Source: Octopus sinensis (Eukaryota). Taken from it: 64,000 nt of DNA. Of the stretch, positions 53,924 through 64,000 are shown one piece after another. The stretch's first letter is position 1, and the number at the start of each line of letters is the position of its first letter. Location of the stretch: the NCBI RefSeq assembly GCF_006345805.1, contig NC_043004.1, forward strand, positions 69,006,001-69,070,000, in the 5' to 3' direction. A program made the position numbers and the translations under genes. The notes below the pieces were generated by a model. That model worked only from the letters and a program-made list of their open reading frames with translations, had not been told where the DNA came from and did not search any database.

Positions 53924-54842
53924 ATGCATAAGTAGCTTGCTTACCAACCACCAGGTTCCGGGTTTAGTCCTACTCCGTGGCACCTTGGGCAAGTGTTTTC
54001 TACTATAGCATCGGGACGACCACATCTTTGTGAGTGGATTTGGTAGAAGGAAACTGAAAGAAGCCCGCTGTATACATATCTCTGACTTGTTTTGGAGAAT
54101 TTGTTGCAATTGCTTCCTCCAGAGTCATATCCCAATCATGATCATATCCGTCGCAAAAAAATCATGTAAAAAAAAATTCGTCGAAAACAATCGCAGTAAT
54201 GAAAACATAGGAATCCAGAATTTCAGGTTTGCAGGTCCGGATTCAGCCCTGAATGTTTTTAATTCACTCAAGGAGTTAGCCATTAGATTATAAAAATTGT
54301 TATCGTACGAAAAAATTTGTTGCAAAAAGTCACGAAAAAAACATCGTCGAAAACAAATATAGTAATGAAAACTTGGGATTCCAAAATTTCAGGATTGTGG
54401 GTCCCAATCAGTTTGATTCCAAAATGGTAAGATATGTTGGGCAACAGCCTCTAGGAGTAAAATTGAAAAAGTGTGACACACTGAAACACTGACATTCACA
54501 TTTATTATATTTTATTATATTATATTAAGGTGGCGAGTTGGCAGAATCGTTAGCACCCCGGGAGAAATGCTTATCGTTATTTCGTCTGCCGTTAGGTTTT
54601 GAGTTCGAATTCCGCTGAGGTCGACTTTACCTTTCATCCTTTCGGGGTCGATAAAATTATTACCATCTACGTACTGGGGTCGATGTAATCGACTTAATCG
54701 CTTCCACCACAATTTGAGGCCTTGTGCCTCTAGTAGAAAGGATTTTTTTTAAAGTTGAAAGTGTGTGACACACTGACATTCACATTTATTACATTAGATA
54801 TGTTTAATTTGGGGGAAACTTTATTTCAATTAAAGTGTTTTT

Positions 54843-54877
<35 letters not shown>

Positions 54878-55074
54878 GCAGTCAACAGGTTGCTTAGCCA
54901 CATACCGAAAAATTAGAAATAGCAGTCAAAAACAATTTTATTTATATACAATATATATAGAACTTTTTTTTAAAAGTTCCTACCGATAATGGTTATATTT
55001 ACATACTGAAATCTACCCGTGAATAATTATTGGGTTTTTTTTAACTATTAATTGTTTACCCTTATATTGATATA

Positions 55075-55165
<91 letters not shown>

Positions 55166-55383
55166 AGTGTTCAGTATGTTGGTGACAGGAATTTCTGTCA
55201 AAGAGACATGGTTAAACAAAGTTGTACATCATCTCCCTCTTTCTCTCACATAATCATTCTTTCTCTCTCTTTTATTATTCCCACTGCCACCATCAACACT
55301 ACTACTTTTCAATAAAACATCATCAACTCTCCCTAAATTTCTTTGTCTCTCTTTCTCTCCCTCTCTTTTTCTTCCTCTCCCTA

Positions 55384-55414
<31 letters not shown>

Positions 55415-55904
55415 TTGCCACCATCCCCACCTTCTCTATGCCTACTATTACTCTCACTCCATCATGAGGAGTAGTCGAAGTATCATTGAATAGTGGGAAA
55501 GGGGCTCTAAGTGTGACACACTGACACACAGAAATTAGTTTTCGCATTTATTATATTAGATATATGTATCGATGTGTATGTATGTATGTATGTATGTATG
55601 TATGTATGTATGTTTTCATGTATATATGGATGGCTGGATTGATGTATGGAGGAATGGAATGGGTGGAAGGACGGAACGAAGGATGGATGGATGGCTGTGT
55701 GTATTATTGCAGTATTTGGAGTCAGTGCAGGTGCAGATTTGTATATTTTGATTTATGTATGTATCCTCATACGTATAGTTGCATATCTAGAATATACGTG
55801 AATGTCTTGACATGCACGTATTTGCTTAAATTGTTATTTCTGTATTTTACTTATTTTGTCGATATTTGTTCGTGAAGCGCTTTAAACAGTCACCGGCGAA
55901 TACA

Positions 55905-55974
55905 GAGCACACATACGCGCGCACGCACACACACACACACGGACGGACGGACGGATGGACGTACGGGCAGACAA

Positions 55975-56049
<75 letters not shown>

Positions 56050-57412
56050 TAAAGACAGTCAAACAGATAAATAGATACATATATACATACATACATACAT
56101 ACAAATATACATACATACATACATACATACATACATACATACATACATACATACAAAATGCATACATACATACAAAAATACATACAAACATACATACATA
56201 CATAAATACATACAAAAATACATACACATATACATACATACATACAAACATACATACATACATACATACAAAATACATACATATATACATACATACATAC
56301 ATACATACATACATACATACATACAAACATACATACATACACACATACATACATACATACATACATACATACATACATACAAAATACATACATATATACA
56401 TACATACATACATACAAACATACATACATACAGACATACATACAAAAATACATACACACATACATACATACATACATACATACATACATACATACATACA
56501 AAATACATACAAACATACATACATACACACATACATACATACATACATACATACATACATACAAAATACATACAAACATACATACATACACACATACATA
56601 CATACATACATACAAAATACATACAAACATACATACATACACACATACATACATACATACATACATACTACATACATACATACAAAATACATACATACAG
56701 ACAACATACATACAAACATACATACATACAACATACTACATACATACATAATACATACATACAACATAATACATACATACATAATACTACATAACTTTAA
56801 TTATACTTACATACATACCTACATACATAAATACACACATGCATACATCCATACATACATCATAATACATCCATACATACACACATACATACATACATAC
56901 ATACATACATACATACATACATACATCATACATACATACATACATACATACCTACATACATAATACATCATACATACATACATACACATACTCAAACTAC
57001 AATACAACATACATACATTACATACATACATACATACATAATACATACATCCATCCATACATACATACATACATCCATCCATACATACATACATACATAC
57101 ATACATACATACATACATACATACATACACACACCAATACATACATACATACATACATACAACATAATACATACATACATACATACATACATACATCAAC
57201 ACACATAATACACATCATACACATACATACATACATACATACATACATACATACATACATACATACATACATACATACATAACACATACATAATACATAC
57301 ATACATACATACATACATCATACATACATACATACAACATCAATACACACATACATACATCTAATACATGCATACATACATACATACATACATACATACA
57401 TACATACATACA

Positions 57413-57445
<33 letters not shown>
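55905..57445. repeat. Compound (CA)/(GACG)/(GATA)/(CATA)n microsatellite, ~1.5 kb
   Basis: Read directly. Confidence 0.97.
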
Positions 57446-57555
57446 GCTTATACAGTGCCAGTTTTTGCCTTTTCACTATATCATATCATTTATATTATAA
57501 CTAGATATTTCTCTTCTGACTTTTTCTCTTCTCACTTCCTCCCTTCTCACTTTCT

Positions 57556-57605
<50 letters not shown>

Positions 57606-57824
57606 ATCATCATCACCACCATCATCCTCATCATTTTCATCGTCACTAATTATAAAAAAAAGTTCTCTTCACCATCATGATCATCATGACTCTATAAGAT
57701 TTATTGCATCACTAATGGAATGTCTGAATGAATTAGCGGAAAAGATGGTCGCTTGATGTACATTATCTGAACAAAATAACATAAATTGTAACAGGAATGA
57801 CAGATATGATTCCGCTTACACATC

Positions 57825-57861
<37 letters not shown>

Positions 57862-57924
57862 ATTATATATAATATTATATATAATATATATTATATATAT
57901 ATATATATGTAGATATTATATATA

Positions 57925-57979
<55 letters not shown>

Positions 57980-58153
57980 TATATATTATATAATAATATA
58001 TATATATATATAGTAATATATATATATATGTATATATGTATATATATATACATATATATATATATTATATATATATATATCTATATATATATATATATGT
58101 ATATATTAATATTGTATATATGTTATATATATTATACATATATATATATATTC

Positions 58154-58213
<60 letters not shown>

Positions 58214-58263
58214 CTATATCTGTGTGTGTGTGTGTGCGTGTGTTTGTATGTATGTATGTATGT

Positions 58264-58684
58264 ATAGGCGTAGGAGTGGCTGTATAGTAAGTAGCTTGCT
58301 TACGAACCACATGGTTCCGGGTTCAGTCCCACTGCGTGGCACCTTGGGCAAGTGTCTTCTGCTACAGCCTCGGGGTGACCAAAGCCATGTGGGTGGATTT
58401 GGTAGACGGAAACTGAAGAAGCCCGTCGTATATATGTATATATATGTATGTATGTATGTATGTATGAGTGTGTATATGTTTGTGTGTCTGTATTTGGCTC
58501 CCCAACATCGCTTGACAACCGATGCTGGTGTGTTTACGTACACGTAAATTAGCGGTTCGGCAAAAGAGACCGATAGAATAAGTACTAGGCTTACAAAGAA
58601 TAAGTCCTGGGGTTGATTTGCTCGACTAAAGGTGGTGCTCCAGCATGGCCACAGTCAAATGACTGAATCAAGCAAGTAAAGAGT
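58264..58684 (+). mobile_element. SINE family A, full length
   Basis: Matches other family A copies. Confidence 0.9.
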
Positions 58685-58730
58685 ATATATATGTATATAT
58701 ATATATGTATATATGTAGATAGATAGAGAG

Positions 58731-58762
<32 letters not shown>

Positions 58763-58833
58763 GATAGATAGACAGACAGACAGACAGAAAGACAGACAGA
58801 ACAGACAGACAGACAGACAGACAGATAGATAAG

Positions 58834-58873
<40 letters not shown>

Positions 58874-58901
58874 GATAGATAGATAGATAGATAGATAGAT
58901 A

Positions 58902-59140
58902 TATGTTGGTTTGGTAAAAAAAAATTTCGTAGCATTTTTCAAATGATGTTTAATCACGTGATCTGGTTTATCACGTGACAGAAACGTATGCTACATATAT
59001 ATTTTCTGGAAAAGGAGATCTCAACGCATTTTTCTATTTGAGTTTTGTGTAGATTATTTACTCCCCCTGTTCTTACATGAGAATTGAAAATGAAGGAAAA
59101 TGAAATACGCTTTCGTCATTTAATGCTCTTTTAGTTTTTT
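58902..59140 (+). mobile_element. Mariner 5' end remnant
   Basis: TIR-like GTTGGTTTGGTAAAAAAAAATTTCG and MKENEIRFRHLMLF start. Confidence 0.55.
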
Positions 59141-59260
59141 ATAACTGTGTCTGTTTTTATTAATGTAATAATATATTTTAAACGTTAATGGTACACTGTA
59201 TTCTTCCTTTTTAATGTTTTCATTATGTCTTAAATATGTTAAATTTCTTTGTACGTCCTT

Positions 59261-59366
59261 CCCTGAAGATATTCTCACTTGTAGTAATTAATTGAATTGA
59301 TTTAGTTAAATTTAATTAAATATGGTTGATTTTATGCTGCAAGTGATGAATTGAAACAATTGTAGG
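59261..59366 (+). ncRNA. Degenerate hammerhead motif in a PLE-like remnant
   Basis: CTGAAGA 59263-59269, ~14-bp helix II, GAAAC-AATT-GTA; helix I only 2 bp and a U-U mismatch at 10.1-11.1. Confidence 0.6.
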
Positions 59367-59536
59367 TCTGGTCTTGTCAATGTGTTAATAAACTTTTATT
59401 AATCTTATCTCCATCTTCTCATTTGGCTTATAATAATATTAATAATATATATGTATGTGCCTATATTGTTAGGTATTCAACCAGTTAAATCTTGGATATT
59501 TTTATCCCTCCGAGGTTTATATCTTCACCTGTACTT

Positions 59537-59603
<67 letters not shown>

Positions 59604-59706
59604 GAGGTGAATGAATTATCCTAGCATGGAAATTCGTTTAATCGATACCTGTGGTCACCATGTAGGCAACCATCAAAAAATGTTGTTGTCTGTGGCTGAA
59701 AAGAGG

Positions 59707-59803
59707 CTCCTATCTTTCCTGATGAGAAGATGGCATAATGCACCATTTATTCCTTCGGAATAAAAGTATGCCGTCTTCGAAACATATGTCGAGAGTAAAG
59801 GAT
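59707..59803 (+). ncRNA. Intact minimal type I hammerhead ribozyme (C3:G8 core; predicted GUC cleavage after 59790)
   Basis: CTGATGA 59719-59725; 12-bp helix II GAAGATGGCATA/TATGCCGTCTTC; GAAA-C-ATAT-G-TC; helix I CTTTC/GAGAG plus TCCT/AGGA. Confidence 0.85.
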
Positions 59804-60509
59804 ATTTTGAAAATCTTCCGTTCGATCCATTCTTTCATTTATATATATATATATATATATATTGAACATTTCGAAACCACTGATTTCTCTCAACTCTTAA
59901 TATTCAGTTGTCCCAACATATATTTTAGGTTCATGTCCGCTGTTTATTTCTACTCTTGCGCTGTATATTATTGACTTTGCCAGATAGTTGCCATCAGTAA
60001 CGAGTTCTCGCAAATTTTGCATGATCGTTGTTGACCTGTTGTTCGCCTCACTTTTTCATCCAACTTTGCAACATTATAACTTCAGATATAACAGCCGAAA
60101 TGCTTACAAGCTTTAATATATTTCCTGCTTAATAGCTTACTGTTAAACAAAAGAATTCCTTGAATATCTTAGATCTTAGTTCTGGGTTATATCGTGCCAC
60201 ATCACTTAGAATAAACATAGATAACATTGATATTACTTTACTAAATTCACTTTCAATACCTAGCATTTGTTTACTTGTTAAAATGTCTCTCAACAATTTT
60301 CAGAGGAAAAGATAAGTTTCTTTATTTTTTAAGTTGGCTACTTCTTTTGTTTGTTTGTTTTTCTAAAACTTCTTCAAGAGTCTAGATTTGTTACAAATAA
60401 TTCGCCATTTCTGAACCTTAAAATTTTGTTGATTTTTTTCTGTTGCATAAACATAATCATTCCTTTCTTTACTAGTCATTTTTATTTTCTTCTTCTAATA
60501 CACACATAT

Positions 60510-60881
60510 TGGAAGCACTCCGTCGGTTACGACGATGAGGGTTCCGGTTGATCCGACCAACGAAACAGCCTGCTCGTGAAATTAACGTGTAAGTGGGCTG
60601 AGCACTCCACAGACACGTGTACCCTTACGTAGTTCTCGGGATATTCAGCGTGACACAGAGAGTGACAAGGCCGGCCCTTTGAAATACATGTACAACAGAA
60701 AAGGCACAGAAAGAAGGAGAGAAAGTTGTGGTGATGAAAGAGTACAGCAGGGATCACCACCATCCCCTGCCGGAGTCCTCGTGGAGCTTTAGGTGTTTTC
60801 GCTCAATAAACACTCACAACGCCCGGTCTGGGAATCGAAACCGCGAGTCCGCTGCCCTAACCACTGGGCCATTGCGCCTCC
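60510..60881 (-). mobile_element. SINE family B
   Basis: Reverse complement of family B; TSD TACACACATAT (60499-60509, 60882-60892). Confidence 0.9.
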
Positions 60882-61424
60882 TACACACATATACACACAT
60901 ACAGTCACGCATTTTGTTAGGAGTTGCGTCCTCGAAAACACAGGGGAAGATAAATCGAGGACGGAAGTCGATGGAGTCATTTCCGCGCATAAGTTTGTGT
61001 CTGTATTGTTAGTGTCACTTCAGAAAAGGGAGAAGGCGTTCGTTCGATAATATTTTGGGCGATGCTGTTGCTTGTGTGTTTAATTGATGCGTTGGTGCAA
61101 TTATTCCTATTATTGTTGTTGCTGATTCTGCTATGGCTATTGTCTTTGAATTGTTAACAGCAAATTTGAGGAGATTACCTCTTTTATCCTATGATGGCTG
61201 GTGTTACCTCGTGCGTCACAACTGCGATTTCTATCCTCCTCCTCAATTCTCAGTTGTTCACTCAAATTTTCAGATAAATAAGATTGCTTACTTTCTGAAG
61301 TTCTCAGCGGTGAGTAAAATTTGCAACTCTCTTTGGACTTTCAAACATCTGTTGCAAGAAGCTAATCTGGAGTAGATAAAGTCGCCCACAACTTCTTCCA
61401 AAATAAGATCTCTCTCTTTCTCTC

Positions 61425-61466
<42 letters not shown>

Positions 61467-61585
61467 CTCTCGCTCTCTCTCCTCTCTCTCCCCAACAAGC
61501 TCGTCTTTTTGACAGAGCTGTAGTCATTGCTCTTGCATTTATAGTAATTTCTGTTTGTGACACCAGACTCCCAATAGTATATGTC

Positions 61586-61643
<58 letters not shown>

Positions 61644-61651
61644 TATAGCAT

Positions 61652-61810
61652 ATAGGTGTGAGGTGTCTGGTAAGAAGTTTGCTTCCCAACCACATGGTTC
61701 CTTGTTCAGTCCCACTGCGTGGCACCTTGAGCAAATGATTTCTACTATAGCCTCGAGCCAACGAAAGCCTTGTGAGTGGATTTGGTAGACGAAAACTGAA
61801 AGAAGCCCGT

Positions 61811-61850
<40 letters not shown>

Positions 61851-62099
61851 TGTATGTGTGTGTGTGTGTGTGTATGTGTGTGTACCTTTGTGTCTTTGTT
61901 TGTCCCCTCCCCCACCACGCTTTGCAAACCAATGTTGGTGTGTTAATGTCTCTGAAACTTAGTGGTTCGGAAAAAGAGACCGATAGAATAAGTACTAGGT
62001 TTACAAAGAATAAGTCTTATGGTCGATTTCTTCGACTAAAGGTGGTGCTCCAGCACGGCTACAATCAAATGACTGAAACGGGTAAAAGAATAAAAGAGT
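61652..62099 (+). mobile_element. SINE family A, full length, diverged
   Basis: Matches other family A copies. Confidence 0.85.
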
Positions 62100-62211
62100 A
62101 TATATATATATAGATATAATGCATATATATATGTGTGTGTGTCTGTGTGTGTGTGTGTGTGTCTGTGTGTGTGTGTCTGTGTGTGTGTGTGTGTATTTAG
62201 ATATATACATA

Positions 62212-63088
62212 TGAAGAGAATTCATTAAAGATTTTCCCTGACTTCCGGTTATTGCAAGAAACGGAACTTGAACAGATATAGTCATACATGCCTCTTTGTA
62301 TCACATTGTAAATTGCAGCTTTCCACTCGTATTCGCTTGTCTTTTACGGCTGCTGAAGTGGCTTCAGGTGTGATAATGGAGGTAGTTGAATGCCTGTCAG
62401 TGATCAGGTTCTTATACTTGAAAGGTCGTACACCAAAAGAGACTTTCGATAAGATAAAAGAAGTTTATGGTGACGATGCACCATCATACAACGTAGTCAA
62501 GCACTGGCACCCCTAGTTCAAATGTGGTTGGACAGCGGTGAAAACAGCTCCTATTCCTGGACGACCTCATTCCGCCATTGATGACGACGCCATTCATAAA
62601 GTGGAAGCCGCTATTTTGGAGGATAACCGCACAACTATTCGGTAACTAGCCCAAGAAGTGAAAATAAGTGTAGGGTCTGAAAAAAAATCATCCACAACCA
62701 TTTGCACATGCGGAAGTTGTTTTGTACGATGCATTTCCCGAATGTCCACAAGTTTTCAGAAGCAGGAACGAGTCAATTGCTCCCAGGCTCTTTTGGCAAT
62801 GTGCGTGAGACTAAAGTCCAGCCGAAGCAACGGAAGCATGATAATTCACCACCTCCAAAGGAGGCTCGTGTCCAAATCTCAGCAGGCAAGATTGATGGTC
62901 ACAGCCTTTTGGCTTCAGACGCAAGTTTCCGACTTCTACATGCGAGGTTTTCACAGCTGCGTAAAGCGATGGGAGAAGTGTGTCACCAATGGTGGTGGCT
63001 ATGTAGAGAAGGACTAATAACTATGCGAAATTTCGTTTATCCCAGTCTTAGGTAAGTGGATCAAGGGATCTTTAATGAACACCCCTCG
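62212..63088 (+). mobile_element. Internally deleted mariner transposon
   Basis: ~30-bp imperfect TIRs sharing TTCATTAAAGAT; HTH VIRFLYLKGRTPKE..EVYGDDAPSY..VKHW; C-terminus KRWEKCVTNGGGYVEK; most of the DD34D domain is missing. Confidence 0.88.
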
Positions 63089-63596
63089 AACAGTATGATA
63101 TATATATATATCTATATATATATATATTATATATATATATATATAATATATACATATTATATTAACTATACACATATACATATATACTTATAAATACTAT
63201 ATATACATACATACATATATACGTACACATACATACATACATACATACACATACATACATACATACATACATTACCCATGGATCTAGATAAGAAACCAGT
63301 TCTTTCTCTATTGATTTAAGAAATCTTGAATAAAACTGAATACACGACATAATACGACAGGCTTCCACGCTGTTTCCATTAACCAAATCACTCACAAGGC
63401 ATCGGTTTGCCAGGAGTTAGTACAGTAGACAAACACTTTCCCAAGGTGCCACGCAGTAGTGAGCCCCTTCTACAACCCCACACCGCGTCCAAGTAGTTTT
63501 TTTCCTAACGCACCTCTTATCGATGTTCTGCATATGGAATATACATAAAGAAAGATTGGCTTTGGTTGTAAATTCCCCAGTATTCTTCCTTATTTT

Positions 63597-63997
63597 GGTG
63601 CAGGAGTGGCTATGTGGTAAGTAGCTTGCTAACCAGCACATGGTTCCGGGTTCAGTCCCACTGCGTGGCATCTTGGGCAGGTGTCTTCTGCTATAGCCCC
63701 GGGCCGACACAATGCCTGTGAGTGGATTGGTAGACGGAAACTGAAGAAGCCTGTCGTATATATGTATATATATATATGTATGTATGTGTTTGTGTGTCTG
63801 TGTTTGTCCCCCTAGCATTGCTTGACAACCGATGCTGGTGTGTTTACGTCCCCGTCACTTAGCGGTTCGGCAAAAGAAACGAAGAATAAGTACTGGGCTT
63901 ACAAAGAATAAGTCCTGGGGTCGATTTGCTCGACTAAAGGCGGTGCTCCAGCATGGCCGCAGTCAAATGACTGAAACAAGTAAAAGAGTAAAGAGTA
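63597..63997 (+). mobile_element. SINE family A, full length. Further partial copies at ~2770-2930, 6690-6865, 9040-9135, 17760-17900, 20165-20345, 21710-21875, 23940-24030, 32525-32660, 53930-54075, 63330-63460
   Basis: Matches other family A copies. Confidence 0.9.
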
Positions 63998-64000
63998 AGT

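Noticed and set aside
51759-64000. MAO exon 1 (M...DV.VIG.G.S)
   Set aside because: No matching minus-strand segment with a donor was found by eye; it probably lies beyond 64000, though a diverged or tiny exon could have been missed.

Overview
AT-rich animal DNA dense in microsatellites and transposons, very likely octopus or another coleoid cephalopod (inferred from the SINE families and composition). The whole window appears to lie inside one minus-strand flavin monoamine oxidase gene (MAO-A/B-like). Seven coding exons (719 nt) with GT-AG boundaries join into one open frame: [32 protein letters not shown] / [20 protein letters not shown]... / GHMKRFRGTFPK... / IPIGEPWKAP... / TCREFAELF...[10 protein letters not shown] / ERKFVGGSQQ... 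/ DKVLLEHPVV...REFH. Exon 1 and the exons after vertebrate exon 7 were not found in the window. The introns hold more than 30 tRNA-derived SINE copies or fragments, CR1 and RTE LINE fragments, a truncated Gypsy element with one LTR and a tRNA-Ser PBS, mariner, hAT, Chapaev-like and Helitron remnants, and Penelope-like (PLE) pieces. The most interesting signal is a set of minimal type I hammerhead ribozyme motifs in short, unrelated PLE/retrozyme-like units. One is textbook-intact (59707-59803). Two carry a compensatory U3:A8 core: one in a 356-nt unit with a 25-nt terminal repeat, the other in the loop of a 116-bp inverted repeat. Four long fold-back palindromes also lie in the introns. All structures and alignments were read by eye, so TE edge coordinates are approximate unless a TSD or TIR is stated.
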